64,000 bases of DNA from Mobula hypostoma (lineage: Eukaryota): the NCBI RefSeq assembly GCF_963921235.1, contig NC_086108.1, positions 110,486,001 to 110,550,000 on the forward strand, read 5' to 3'. The notes under the pieces were generated by a model that saw only the letters and a program-made list of their open reading frames with translations, searched no databases and was not told the origin of the DNA. Positions 24,042 to 37,690 of this stretch are shown here, one piece after another. Both the position numbers and the translations under genes were made by a program. How positions within the stretch are numbered: the stretch's first letter is position 1; each line of letters begins with the position of its first letter.

Positions 24042-26150
24042 CAGTCGGCCCTCCTTATCTGCGAGGAATTGGTTCCGAGACCCCTCACGGATACCAAAAA
24101 ACGTGGATGCTCAAGTCCCTTATTCAGCCTGTCTCAATGAAGTGGACCTTAGGACCCAGCGGAATCCCGGTCCTTATTTAACCTGTCTCAGTGTGGTGGA
24201 CGTTAGGACCTGGCGGTGGAGCTCTGAATCCGCAGTGTTTCTGTTCACGAAAATAATCATGATCACGATTTAAAATAAAGTGGAAATAATAAAGCGATCG
24301 GAAAGAGGTGAAATGCCATCGGTCACTGGAAAAGCGTTAGGCTACAGTCGGTCAACAATTGGAACAATTTTAAACGATAAAATGAGGAAGGCCCTGCCCC
24401 GATTAAAGCTACAATTATCACTAAGCAACACAGTGGTTTAATTATTGGGTTTTGGGTTTTTGATCCTCCACATCAACCCGGCACGGATGGAGAGCGCACT
24501 CGGGAGCGGTCTGTCACTGGATGGAACTTGGGAATTTCCGTTCCCGAGCCTGGCGTTGAAACATACGTTTCTTAAGTGTTTTATATGCATAGAAAGGTAT
24601 AATATATACTATATGAAGACAAACGTTTGACTAACTGACACTAAATAATATTGGATGTACCTGTTCCGACTTACTGAGTAAGATAACTTCTGTTTTTTTT
24701 TTCGATCCCGATCCACGATAACCTACGCACATCCTCACGTATACTTTAAATCATCTTTAGATTACTTATAATACGTAATACAATGTAAATGCCATGTAAA
24801 ATAGTTGTTATACTGCATTGTTTGGGGAATAATGACAAGAAAAACAGGTTGGATTTTCAAAAGGCTTTTGACAAGGTCCCACACAGGAGATTAGTGTGCA
24901 AACTTAAAGCACACGGTATTGGGGGTAAGGTATTGGTGTGGGTGGAGAATTGGTTAGCAGACAGGAAGCAAAGAGTGGGAATAAACGGGACCTTTTCAGA
25001 ATGGCAGGCGGTGACTAGTGGGGTACCGCAAGGCTCAGTGCTGGGACCCCAGTTGTTTACAATATATATTAATGACTTGGATGAGGGAATTAAATGCAGC
25101 ATCTCCAAGTTTGCGGATGACACGAAGCTGGGTGGCAGTGTTAGCAGTGAGGAGGATGCTAAGAGGATGCAGGGTGACTTGGATAGGTTGGGTGAGTGGG
25201 CAAACTCATGGCAGATGCAATTTAATGTGGATAAATGTGAAGTTATCCACTTTGGTGGCAAAAATAGGAAAACAGATTATTATCTGAATGGTGGCCGATT
25301 AGGAAAAGGGGAGGTGCAACGAGACCTGGGTGTCATTATACACCAGTCATTGAAAGTGGGCATGCAGGTACAGCAGGCGGTGAAAAAGGCGAACGGTATG
25401 CTGGCATTTATAGCGAGAGGATTCGAGTACAGGAGCAGGGAGGTACTACTGCAGTTGTACAAGGCCTTGGTGAGACCACACCTGGAGTATTGTGTGCAGT
25501 TTTGGTCCCCTAATCTGAGGAAAGACATCTTTGCCATAGAGGGAGTACAAAGAAGGTTCACCAGATTGATTCCTGGGATGGCAGGTCTTTCATATGAAGA
25601 AAGACTGGATGAACTGGGCTTGTACTCGTTGGAATTTAGAAGATTGAGAGGGGATCTGATTGAAACGTATAAGATCCTAAAGGGATTGGACAGGCTAGAT
25701 GCGGGAAGATTGTTCCCGATGTTGGGGAGGTCCAGAACGAGGGGTCACAGTTTGAGGATAGAGGGGAAGCCTTTTAGGACCGAGATTAGGAAAAACTTCT
25801 TCACACAGAGAGTGGTGAATCTGTGGAATTCTCTGCCACAGCAAACTGTTGAGGCCAGTTCATTAGCTATGTTTAAAAGGAAGTTAGATATGGCTCTTGT
25901 GGCTACAGGGGTCAGGGGGTATGGAGGGAAGGCTGGGTTCTGAGTTGGATGATCAGCCATGATCATAATAAATGGCGGTGCAGGCTCGAAGGGCCGAATG
26001 GCCTGCTCCTGCACCTATTTTCTGTGTTTCTATGTTTCTATGTCTGTACATGTTTGACCAACAGGTGCTGGGAGAGCACTTCCGGGTTTTCTCGATTCAT
26101 GGTTGGTTGAATTTGCGCATGCGGAACCCGCGGATAAGGAGAGCCAACTG
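24042..26150 (+). mobile_element. Tigger-type (pogo) non-autonomous DNA transposon split by CR1
   Basis: TIRs CAGTCGGCCCTCCTTATCTGCG / CGCGGATAAGGAGAGCCAACTG with TA on both sides; CENP-B-like HTH remnant (KVEIIKRSERGE...ALGYSRSTIGTIL) at ~24275-24380. Confidence 0.9.
24849..26042 (+). mobile_element. Young 5'-truncated CR1 LINE with uninterrupted RT/C-terminal ORF
   Basis: LDFQKAFDKVPH...GVPQGSVLGP..FADDTKL...RPHLEYCVQFWSP, open to the stop at 25943; (TTTCTATG)n tail. Confidence 0.95.
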
Positions 26151-26576
26151 TATTTAAGGTAGAGAGGAGGGGCTTAAGGTTACAGGGAGAAAGGGGTTAA
26201 AAAGAATTCAGCCATGATCGAATGGCAGATCAGATTCTGGGCAGAATGGCCTCGTTCTGCTCCTATCTATTATGTTCTTATCTGATGGGTAACCTGGGGA
26301 AAATAAGATTGGTCTGGGTAGAATTAGAGTAAAATTGGAAGCTTCATGGTCAGCATAGACTCTTTTGACTGAAGGGCTTGCTTTCTTGTCTGACTTGCCC
26401 GTCCTTCAATTGCATGCTTTCTCCATTGGCGCATTTATCCAGAAACACAGACTTGACAGGGTAAGAGAGAGTCGTGCATAATAATTTTGAATAAATCTGA
26501 TTGATGCATGATTTAGCACTTTGTGGCTTGTCATTTTCTTCAAAACGTAACAATTCTGGCTGGAAATTTTAATATA

Positions 26577-26755
26577 AACACGGGATTCTGCAGATGCTGG
26601 AAATCTCAAGTAGTGCACACAAGGTGCTGGAGGACCCCAGCAGGTCATGCAGCGTCTGTGGAGAGGAATAAATGAAGGGTCTTGGCCCAAAACATCAACT
26701 CATTATTCCACACCATGGAGGCCGCCTGACCTGCTGAGTTCCTCTAGCATTTTTG
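26577..26755. mobile_element. Penelope inverted terminal-repeat remnant
   Basis: Inverted arms (tgctggagga..cagcaggtca / tgacctgctgagttcctctagca) around a decayed hammerhead half. Confidence 0.65.
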
Positions 26756-27311
26756 CATTTACCTATTACCCTTCTGAGATTACCAGTAAAACCTGCTCTC
26801 ACCAGATATCGGCCTTCATTCCAGATGATAACCTTTCTCACTTCCGACTTAAACATAGATAATGTGACTACAGGTCATGGGTTAAGGGTGAGAGATGAAA
26901 AGTTTAAGAGGAACATGAGGGGAAACTTCACTCAGAGGGTGGTGAGAGTGTGGAACGACCTGCCAGCACACGTGGTGTGTGAGAGCTTGATTTCAACATT
27001 TAAGAGAAGTTTAGATCAGTACATAGGGGTATGAAGGGCTGTGATCCCAGGACAGGTCGATGGAAATAGGCAGTTAAATTGTTTGGCATAGAATAGATGG
27101 GCCAAAGGACCTTTTTCTGTGCTGTACTTTTCTATGACTCGAATTTCCTCAAACCCATAACATCTAGTTAAATGTTTCAGAACAATCCCTCTTATTTATA
27201 TGGTTTTGTATTTTCGCCAGGAGTTTCACCTGTGTTCTTGTGTAGAATGTAAAAAAGCAGAGAGATTTCCTCGGTGTCCTGCCAAGCATTACACCTGTGC
27301 CAGAGGCTGAT

Positions 27312-27870
27312 ATAGATTATGAAGACACGTAGTCCTCTTTTATTGTCATTTAGTAATGCATGCATTAAGAAATGATACATTATTTCCTCTGGTGTGATAT
27401 CACAAAACACAGGACAGACCAAGACTGAAAAAACTGACAAAACCACATAATTATAGCATATAGTTACAACAGTGCACAATACCATAACTTGATGAAGAAG
27501 TCCATGAGCACAGTAAAAGTTCAAAGTCTCTCAAATGTCCCACATCTCACGCAGACGGGAGAAGGAAGAAAAACTCTCCCTGCCACGCCCGACCACAGTC
27601 CGACTGAGTCATCCGAAAACTTCAAGCTCTGATCGGCTCTCCGACGCCAAGTACTGAGCACCATCTCTGTCCGAGCGATTCGACCTCTTTCTCGGTCGCC
27701 TACCCTCCGAAAGATTCCCGACCGCGCAGTAACGACAGCAGCGAACGAGCGTTTCAGAAATTTCTCCAGATGTTCCTCTGTGCTTTCCCGTCCATTCTCC
27801 ATCAAATCAGAATTGCCCACGGCCCCTATTTAACAGATACGACATCGTTTTTCACCGGAGAGCTGCGCAC
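27312..27870 (-). mobile_element. Unclassified ~560-bp non-autonomous retroposon (copy 1)
   Basis: Highly similar second copy at 63192-63780; minus-strand tail aatgacaataaaagaggact...aatct. Confidence 0.7.
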
Positions 27871-27984
27871 GGTTTCACGATATGATCAGCCATGATCACA
27901 GTGAATGGCGGTGCTGGCTCGAGGGGCCGAATGGCCTACTCCTGCACCTATTGTCTATTGTTTTTTGTTGAATCTTGCTATGTG

Positions 27985-28545
27985 ATATGCTGAGGCTTTA
28001 TAAGTCATTGGTCAGACTGCCTTTGGAGTATTGTGAGCAGTTTTGGGGGCCTTGTTTAAGAAAGGATGTGCTGGAATTGGAGAGGCCCTAGAAGAGCTTC
28101 ACGAGGGTAAAAGAGTTAATGTACGAGGAGCATTTGATGGCTTTGGGCCCGTTCTTGCTGGAGTTTAGAATGAAGAGGGATCTCATTGAAACCTATTGAA
28201 TGTTGAAAGGCCTCGATAGAGTGAACGTGGAGTGGATGTTTCCTGTGGTGGGGGAGTCTCGAAGACTGGATGGCACCTCAGAATACAAGGGCATCCCCTT
28301 AAAACAGAAATGAGGAGGTATTTCCTTAGCCAGAGGGTGGTGAATCTCAAAACTCATTGCCATAGATGACCGTGGAGGCCAAGTCACTGGGTACATTTAA
28401 GATGGAGGTTGATAGGTTCTCGATTAGTCAGGGCATCAAAGGTTACAGGGAGAAGGCAGGAGAATGGGGTTAAGTGGGATAATAAATCAGCCATGATGGA
28501 ATGGTGGCAGCAGACTCGAAGGGACAAATGGCTGCTTTCTCTTAT
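27985..28545 (+). mobile_element. CR1 3' fragment
   Basis: MLRLYKSLVRLPLEYCEQF... plus 3'UTR. Confidence 0.8.
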
Positions 28546-29366
28546 GATGAATTTATGATGGTGTCCTTGCTTTGTAGCTACTTGGTGTAACACATGGGCC
28601 TGCGAAAAATGAAGGTGTCTGTAACTATGTACTTGGTGCTGAAAAGATGTAATCATTTCAATAAATTTATCAATAGGTCAGTAGGTATATTTAATGTTAG
28701 AGAAATGTATACAATATACATCCTGAAATTCCTTTTCTTTGCAGACATCCATGAAAACTGAGGAGTGCCCCAAAGAATGAATGTTAAATGTTAGGACCCC
28801 AAAGCTCCCCCACCCCCAGCTTCCCCTCCCACACACAAGCAGCAGCAAGGCAATGACACGCGCCCCCCCACAGCAAAAATGCGTCAGCACCCTCCTTCGA
28901 GCACTCAACCGTGCAGCAAAGCATCAATACCCCAAAAACTACTTGTTCACCCGATAATTCGACATACCACAGGCTCTCTCTCTCCCCCTAATGAGAAAAA
29001 GAGGTGTCCCTGGGGAAACATCACAAACAGCTCACTGATTTACGACGTTAAAAGCCTGTTGCATCGCTTTTTCCGAGCTCTGCACCCAGAGAGTTGGCAC
29101 CAGAAAGGCGCATCTCTCCAGCCACACAACCCCCGGCGGCTAGCCTGCTGCTCCCAGTGTTCTGTGTTTTATCATATCTACAGTATTAGAAAATGTACAA
29201 TTAAGGTGAGAAGGGGGTACGTTCAAAGGAGATTTGCGGAACAGGTGTTTTTTTTAAACACAGAGATACATAAAGTGTAAAAGAGAGGTGAGAGTGGATA
29301 TCAGACCACTGGAAAACAATGCTGGAGAGGTAGTAATGGGAGATAAGGAAATGGCAGGTGAACTGA

Positions 29367-29593
29367 ATGCAACACACATCAAAGTTGCTGGTGAACACAG
29401 CAGGCCAGGCAGCATCTCTAGGAAGAGGTACAGTCAACATTTCGGGCTGAGACCCTTCGTCAGGACTAACTGAGGTCTTGGCCTGAAACGTCGACTGTAC
29501 CTCTTCCTCGAGATGCTGCCTGGCCTGCTGCGTTCACCAGCAACTTTGATGTGTGTTGCTTGAAATTCCAGCATCTGCAGATTTTCTCGTGTT
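29367..29593. mobile_element. Palindromic Penelope terminal-repeat insertion containing a hammerhead motif
   Basis: ~86-bp inverted arms (29369-29455 / 29474-29559); flanked by near-duplicate caggtgaactg / caggtggactg. Confidence 0.85.
29432..29467 (-). ncRNA. Minimal type-I hammerhead ribozyme motif
   Basis: Minus strand AGUC CUGACGA A GGGU-CUCA-GCCC GAAAU GUU GACU: conserved core, stem II, and stem I AGUC:GACU. Confidence 0.6.
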
Positions 29594-31191
29594 CCAGGTG
29601 GACTGGTATTTTGCATCAGTCTTCACTGTGGAAGACACTAGCAGTATGGTGGAAGTTCCAGGAGTCGGGTCATGAAGTGTGTGAAGTTACCATAACTAGA
29701 TAGAATGTTCTTGGGAAACTGAAAAGTCTGAAGGTAGATAAGTCACCTGGACCGAATAGTGTACACTCCAGAGTTCTGAAAGAGGTGGCTAAAGAGATTA
29801 TAGAGGCATTAGTAATGGTCTTTCAAGAATCACTAGATTCTGGAATGGTTCCGGAAGACTGGAAAATTGCAAATGTCACTCCACTCTTCAAAAAGGGAAA
29901 GAGGCAGAAGAAAGGAAACTATAGGCAGTTAGTCTGTCCTCAATGGTTGGGACAATGTTGGAGTTGATTATGAAGGATGAGGTCTCAGGGTACTTGGGGG
30001 CACATGATAAAATAGGCCATAGTCAGTACGGTTTCCTCATGGTAAAATCTTGTCTGACAAATCTTTTGGAATTCTCTGAAGAAATAATAAGCAGGATAGA
30101 CGAAGGGAAACCGGTTGATGTTACGTGCTTGGATTTTCAGAAGGCCTTTGATAAGGTGCCACACATGAGGCTGCTTAACAAGCTACGAGCCCATGGTATT
30201 ACAGAAATATTCTAGCGTGGATAAAGCAGTGGCTGATTGTCAGGAGGCGAAGAGTGGGAATAAAGGGAGCCTTTTCTGACTGACTGCCGGTTATTAGTGG
30301 TGCTCGACAGGGGTCTGTGTTGGGACCGATTCTTGTTACGTTATACGTCAGTGATTTGGATGATGGAACTGATGTTTTTCTTGCAAGGTTTGCAGATGAT
30401 ATGATAATAGGTGGAGGGGCAGGTAATTTTGGGGAAATAGAGAGGCTACAGAAGGACTTAAGACAGTTTAGGAGAATGGACAAAGAAATAGTAGATGGAA
30501 TACAGTGTTGGGAAGTGTATGGTTATGCACTTTGGCAGAAGAAATAAAAGGGTTGACTATTTTCTAAATGGAGGAAAAAAAAGCAAAAAAACTGAGGCAT
30601 AAAAGGTCTTGGGAGTCCTTGTGCAGAATTCCCCAAAGGTTAATTTGCAGGTTGAGTCAGTGATGAGGAAGGCAATGCAATGTTAGCATTAATTTCAAGA
30701 GGATGAGAATACAAAAGCAAGGATGTAGTGTTGAGACTTTATAAAGCATTGGTGAGGCCTCGTTTGGAGTATTATGAGCAGATTTGGGTCTCTTGTCTTA
30801 GGAAGGATGTGCTGAAACTGCAGAGGGTTCAAAGGAGGTTCACGAAAAAGATTCCAGGGTCGAATAGCTTGTCATATGAAGAGCATTTGATGGCTCTGGC
30901 CCTGTATTCACTAGAATTCAGAAGAATGAAGGGTGACCGAATTAAAACATTTCGAATGGTGAAAGGCCTTGATAGAGTGGATGTGGAGGGGATGTTTCCT
31001 GTGGTGGAAGTTTAAAACCCTAGAACACAACCTCAGAACAGGAGGGAGTTTTTTAAGAATGGAGATGAGGAGGAATTTATTTAGCCAGACAGTGGTGAAT
31101 CTGTGGAAATCTTTGCTACAGGCAGCTGTTGAGGCCAACTTTGTATTTAAGGCAAAGGTTGGTAGCTTCTTGATTGGTCAGGGCACGAAGG

Positions 31192-31375
31192 GAATGGTCA
31201 GATTGGTTCAAACTGACAGGAAGATAACAGTAACTCAAATATCCACACGTTGACAACAGCGGTGTGCGGAAGAGCTTCTCTGAGCACACAACACATCGAA
31301 CCTTGAAGTGGATGGGTTCCAGCAGCAGGAGACCACAAACATACACTGGGTGGTGAGTTTATCAGGTACAGGAGC
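31192..31375 (+). mobile_element. Tc1 transposase fragment
   Basis: MVRLVQTDRKITVTQIST...SFSEHTTHRTLKWMGSSSRRP; related piece with TIR-like cactcagtggccac at ~62043-62150. Confidence 0.65.
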
Positions 31376-31626
31376 TACCACACCATGGTTAGTGCGACAC
31401 TATTACAGCTTGGGGCATCGGAGTTTAGAGTTCGGTTCCAGCGTCCTCTGTAGGCAGGTTTGTATGTTCCTATCCGTGAACACATAGGTTTCCTCCGGGT
31501 GCTCCAATTTCTTCCCATAGATGTTGCGATTAATAGGGCAGTTTACAGTGACCAGTGATTGGGCTACGGTTAAATAGGTGCGTTGCCAGTTGGTGCAGTT
31601 CGAAGGTCTGGAAGGCCCTGTCGCAC

Positions 31627-31904
31627 ATCGTTAGTCTTGCGAGACCATGGATCTGTGCCTGGAAAGTCTTCACTCTCCAGGGCGCAGGCCTAGGCAAGGT
31701 TGTATGGAAGACCAGCAATTGCCCATGCTGCAAGTCTCCCCTCTCCACGACACCAATGTTGTCCAAGGGGAGGGCATTAGGACAACCGTAGAGCAACGTG
31801 TGATTAAGTGCCTTGCTCAAGGACACAACACGTTGCCTCGGCTGGGGCTTGAACTCACGACCTTCAGGTTGCTAGTCCAATGCCTTAACCACTTGGCCAC
31901 GTGC
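31627..31904 (-). mobile_element. tRNA-head CORE-type SINE with RTE-like tail, nested in a V-SINE
   Basis: Minus strand: A box TGGCCAAGTGG, B box GAGTTCAAGCC, CORE-like TGTGTCCTTGAGCAAGGCACTTAA. Confidence 0.7.
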
Positions 31905-34900
31905 TTGCACACTGTATCTCTAAATAAATAACGCAACCACTGAATGTGTGTTCTATATTTAGAAACGAAAGTCGTTGGAAATGGAATAGCAAATGAGAGT
32001 GATGGTAACACTTGGACGTTATTGGATATTTGAAAAGGAATCAAGTTAATCTCATTCTCTAAGTTGCAAAAATTCTGTTTGATCTCAGTGGTGTATTGCA
32101 TAGATTTCCCCTTCCTGTCCTGTCACCCGTGGTTCTGTAGGTATGTAAGTATGCAGGAAGTGTCGGTCGCTTAGCTGCTGCACTTTCACTGACGTGACTG
32201 AGTTGACTTCAACCTCAACTCCTGATCCTCTGCCCGCACAGTGCCCTTTCACCTCTTCCTTTGCCTGTTGAGAATCCACCTACAAGTGCGAGGTGTTGCA
32301 CTCTGCAAACAATGCGATTAGCTTTGTCACACGTGCATCAAAGCATAGTTTGTTTCGATGCTTCTTTCAAGTCAGCGACCAGCACAGTCCGAGGGTGTGC
32401 TGGGGGGCAGCCCACGAGTGTCGCCACACTTCTGGTGCCAATGTAGTGTGCCCACAACTTACTAATCCTAACCCGTACATTCTTAGATTGTGGGGGGAAA
32501 CCGGAGCGCCCAGAGGAAACCCAAGCAGTCACAAAGTTGAATGTATAAACTCCTTCAGACAGTCGATGGGTTCTTGACTAGTCAGGATCTAAAAGGTTAA
32601 GGGGAGAGGGCAGGAGAATGGAGTTCATAGTCATAGTCATACTTTATTGATCCCGGGGTAATAAATCAGCCATGATAAAATAGCGGGACAGACTCGATGG
32701 GCTGAATGGCCTAATTCTGCTCCTGTGGCTTTTGGTCTTGTACAAATCTGGAGAACAGGCAATGTCCTAATGCAGCAGTTAAGAATATTCACTGCAACAA
32801 GAGAATTTCTGATTCAACTGCAGTGACAAAATTGCATTTCCTGCAGCAGGACAGCACAGTCATACAGTGATTAGTGCAATCACTTTACAGTGGCAGTGAT
32901 TACCAGTCGGGGTTCATTTCTGCCGCTGTCATTAAGGATTTTGTACATTCTCCCCATGGCTGCGTGTTTGAGGTGGCGCTACTGAAGTTGGGTTACTGGT
33001 GGTTCAGAAGCAATAACACTTTTCCTGTGGTAAATTGTGGTAGACTATCACCCCAAACAAGAGGTGAGCAAAGGGAGGCTGACTTGAGGGTCGAGGCAAG
33101 TGGGTGCGATGCATGTCTGAGGAGAAGCAAGGTCGAGGAATGTTTGAGAGGGAGTTGGAGCGAGTGAATCGGAGAGGAGTTGGTAAGGAGGAGTTTCGGA
33201 GCCCATCCACCTGAACCCGGAGCAGGATTGGATTAATCTAAGAGCTGAGCTGATTTGGAAAAGTTGAGTGCAGCTGAGGCCACAGGCTGGGCTGTGATAT
33301 CTAGGCCCAGGGCCTATTGCTGCGGCAAGGCCTGGGTACTAGTGTGGAGGATGACGCAGTGTTTGGACAATTTAAACACCGGCCCGAAAAGCTGGGTTTC
33401 GGGACCGGAGGTGAGAATCAGGCCGATTCTGCTTGTTCTTCTGCGGCGTTTACCTCTCTCTCCGTGGCGCTGAGGCTGTGAGATTGTTCAGGCTGCTACA
33501 CACATCGTGTCTGTGAGCTTCGGTGATTTGCCCTGCTGTATGAACTGAGACCAAGGTTATGGGCCTGCTCCAGCGTTTCAGACCTGTGGACTCAATTTGA
33601 TTCTGAATGCTGTTGCTTGCTTTTATTGTTTGCATGATTTATGTTTTCTTTTTTCTCTCTGCATATTGGGTGTTATTCTTCTTTGTCTAAGTTGGGTTCT
33701 TTCGGGTTTCTTGCTTTGTGGCTGCCTGTAAGAAGACAAATCTCAAGGCTGTATAATTTATACATACTTTGTTAATGAATGCACTCTGAACTTTGTTTCC
33801 TCCCACATTCCAAAGACGTACGGGTTAGGGGTAGTGAGTTGTGGGCATGCTATGTTGGCGACACTTGCAGGCTGCCCTCAGTACAGTCCCCGGACTGTGG
33901 TCGTTGATGCAAACGACACATTTCCCTGTATGTTTCAGTGTACACGTGGCATATATAGTCATAGTCATACACCATATATGTTGGAGTTGAAGTGACATTG
34001 GTTCAGTGCCCCTTGTGAATGGTGCGTGGCTGACAAGCACGGCCCTTTCCTGGAGGGATAATGGTGTTTTACTGCTGAGGTCTCTGGAGGAGACCTGTTA
34101 CCCTTCGATTCAGCTGCTGGAAATAATTGAGCTGATTTCATTTTGGTTACATACTCGCCTTGAGAGTGCCAAGACCTGACCACAAAAAGCAGGTGTGACC
34201 TCTTCCCCACCCACCTCTGAGGTAGGTGTTGGGTGGAGGTGGGGAGTTCTGCGTGTATGGGGTGGCTAGTACAGGAAGGAACTAGAGAGCCCGGTGATGT
34301 GGTATTGTGACCACAGCATTTCTCTCAATGTCAGTGAACAATCTGGTCATTGACTTCAGGAAGAGTGGGGAAGCACACACACCCCTGTCCCCATCAGCGT
34401 TCGAGAGGGTTGAGAGCTTCAGGTTTGTACTTGTGAACATTACCAATCGCCTGACCTGTCCCTGTTGACCCTCACCAGTTTAGATTGAGAACACTTTATA
34501 AAAAGTATTTTGTCTTGGTTTTGTCAATGCTCTCTGCCTGTGGCCAAAAGAAACTGTAATCACAATCAGGTTTAATGTTAGCGGTATATGTGGTGAAGGT
34601 TGTAGCAATGTGGCTGCAGCAGAACATTGCAAAACATATTAAAAACTGAAGTAAAGTAAAATGTTGTTTTATATGTGTGTGTGTGTGTGTATATATATAT
34701 ATTTTTATACACGCACGTTGTACAACAAATTTCGTGACGTATACTGGTTTGAACCTCGCCTCGGGGCAGATCGACTCTGGCTGCTGCTATCAGAGAGAAG
34801 TTCAAAGCTAAACTGGCATCTGTCAATCAACAAACTAGGCTCCCCAGAACTGGTGATAAAGTTCCATCAGACTGCCTGCTAGAAGCACTACTGACAGTTG

Positions 34901-35229
34901 TAACTTCCAACGTAACTGAGACCAATAACCTGATATGTGCGTCAGCAGCAATCCTAGAAATACTGGGCTACAAAATGAAATACAGTGGAGAGCACTGTTA
35001 TTCCCCCCCACCCCCTCCCCGGAGATGACGATTGGAAGCCAAGATGAAAACCCCAAGGGTGGAGGTCAGCAGACTAAATATGGCAGGGGGTTGGGAATCA
35101 GTATGATGGAGCTGAGGATGAGCCAGCAGGTTTACAAGTAGATGATGAGTGTAACATGAATGTAAGGAAGGACAAGCCAATGATTGGGTACAAACGCAAA
35201 CAGAGCAAAGTGTGAAATTATATCATAGA

Positions 35230-37690
35230 GGCAAAATTCAAAAGGGCAAAGAATGCAGGACTGAAGGTGCTGTATTTAAGAGCGCATAGCATTCAGGATA
35301 AGGTGGACAAACCCGCGCAATTAGAGATTGGTCAGTATGATGTGGGCATCACTGAGTCGTGGCTGAAAGAGGCCATAGTTGGGAGCTTAACATCAAAGGA
35401 TATATTTGGTGTTGAAAGGACAGGCAGGAATGCATAGGTGGTGGTGTGGCTCTTTTGGTAAGAGATGGAATTACATCTTTAGAAAGAGGTGACATAGGGT
35501 CAAAGACTGCTGAATCTTTGTGAGCGAAGTTAAGAAATCCAGGGTAAAAAAAACATTATGGGAATTATATATAGGCCTCCAAATAGTAGCCAAGATGTGG
35601 GGTTGAGATTGCAATGGGAGCTGGAAAAGGCATGTAATGAGGGTAATGACACAATTGTAATGGGGACTTCAATGTGCAAGGGGATTGGGAAAATCAGGTT
35701 GGTGTCAGATCACAAGAGAGGAAACTTGTTGAATGCCTATGAGATGGCTTGTTTGAGCAGCTTGTGCTTGAGCCTGCTTGGGGAAAGGCCATCTTAGTTT
35801 GGGTGTTGAGTTTATAATCCAGATCTTATTAGGGAGCTTAATGTGAAGGAACCCTTAGGAGGTAGTGATCATAATATGGATTGAATTTGTTCTGCAATCT
35901 GAAAGGAAGAAGAAGTCAGATGTGTCAGTATCACAATGGAATAAAGGGAATAACAGAGGCATGAGAGAGGAGCTTGCCCAAGTGGATTAGAGGAGGATAC
36001 TGGTGGGACTGATGGCAAAGCAGAGACGGTTGAAGTTGCTGGGAATAGTTCAGAAGGCACAGGATAGATATGTCCCACAGAAGAAGTTGTTCTCAAATAA
36101 TAAGTAGGCAACTGTGGCTGACAAGGGAGGTTAAGGACTGCATAAAAGCCAAGGAAAGGGCATATTAGGGTAGCAAAAGTGAATGGGAAGTTGGATGATT
36201 GGGAAACTTTTAAAATCCAACAAAAGGCAACTAAAAAAGCTATAAGAAGGGAAAAGATGAAATGAGGGCAAACAAACCAATAATATAAAGCAGGATACTA
36301 ATTGTATTTTCAGTTACATAAAGAGTAAAAGGGAGGTGAGAGTTGATATTGGACCACTGGAAAATGATGCTGGTGAGGTAGCAATGGGGGACAAAGAAAT
36401 GGCAGATGAACTCAAAGGGTACTTTGCATCTGTCTTCACTGTGGAAGACACTAGCAGTGTGACAGAGGTCCATGAGTGTCGGGGAACAGGAGTGAGTGCC
36501 ATTGCTATGACAAAGGAAAAAGTGCTAGGCAAACTGGAAGGTCTCAAGGTGGATAAGTCACCTGGACCAGATGGACTACATCCCAGAGACCTGAGAGAGT
36601 TTGCTGAAGAGATAGCAGATGCATTGGTCATGATCTTTAAAGAATCACTTGGTTCTGGCATGGTCCTGGAAGACTGGAAGATTGCAAATGTTACTCCACT
36701 CTTTATGAAGGGAGGAAGGCAAAAGAAAGGAAATTATAGGTCAGTTAGCCATACCTCAGTGGTTGGGAAAGTGGCGGATTCTATTATTAAGGATGAGGTT
36801 TCAGGGTACTTGGAGACTACTGATAAAAGCAGTCAAAGTCAACATGGTTTCTGTGAATGGAAATCTTGCCTGACAAATCTGTTAGAGTTCTTTGAGGAAG
36901 TAACAAGGAGAGTGGACAGAGAAAAGGCGGTGGATGTCATTTACTTGGATTTTCAGAAGGTATCTGATAAATGCCACACATGAGGCTGTTTAACAAGATA
37001 CAATCCTATGGCATTACAGGAGAGAAACTGGCATGGATAGAGGAATGGCTGACAGGCAGGAGGCAGCAAGTGGCAATCAAGGGGGCTTTTACTAGTTTAC
37101 TGCCAGTGTCTGGTGGGGTTCTTCAGGGGTCAGTGTTGGGATTGGTACTTTTCACATTGTCAGTGATTTGGATAATGGAATTGATGGCTTTGTGGTAAAG
37201 TTTGTGATGATATGAAGATAGGTGGAGGGGTAGGTAGTGCTGAGGAAGCAATGTGATTGCAGCAGGACTTTATTGGAAGAATGGACAAAATAGTGGCAGA
37301 TGGAATACAGTGTTGGGAAATGTATGATGACGCATTTTGGTAAAAGGAACAATAGTGCAGACTATTATCTAAATGGGGAGAAGGTTCAAACATCAGAGGT
37401 GCAGAGGGACTTGGGAGTCCTCGTGTAAGACTCCCAGAAGGTTAATTTACAGGTTGAGTCTGTGGGGAAGAAGGCAAATGCAATGTTGGCATTTATTTCA
37501 AGGGGAATAGAATATAAAAGCAAAGAGATAATGCTGAGTCTTTATAAGACACTGGTCAGACCGCACTTGGAGTATTGTCAACGGTTTTGGACCCTATGTC
37601 TGAGAAAGAATGTGTTGTCATTGGAGAGAGTCCAGAAGAGGTTCCAGGATGATTCTGGGAATGAAGGGGTTAACCTATGAGGAGTGTTTA
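35230..37690 (+). mobile_element. Near-complete but decayed CR1 ORF2 (APE endonuclease + RT)
   Basis: LKVLYL.A.SI.DK, GITESWL, GIIYRPPNS, SDHN, then SPGPDGLHPR, LDFQK, RPHLEYC; many stops and frameshifts. Confidence 0.9.

Larger units (their letters stand above)
29270..31192 (+). mobile_element. CR1 LINE (RT region), decayed, split by a Penelope palindrome
   Basis: PLENNAGEVVMGDKEMA|YFASVFT, DWKIANVTPLFKKG, DFQKAFDKVPH, FADD, RPRLEY. Confidence 0.9.

Noticed and set aside
24789..25943. 384-aa ORF as a host gene or domesticated RT
   Set aside because: 5'-truncated CR1 whose start codon is borrowed by chance from the flanking Tigger sequence.
31830..31904. tRNA gene
   Set aside because: tRNA-like head continues into a CORE-like domain and retroposon tail; it is a SINE.
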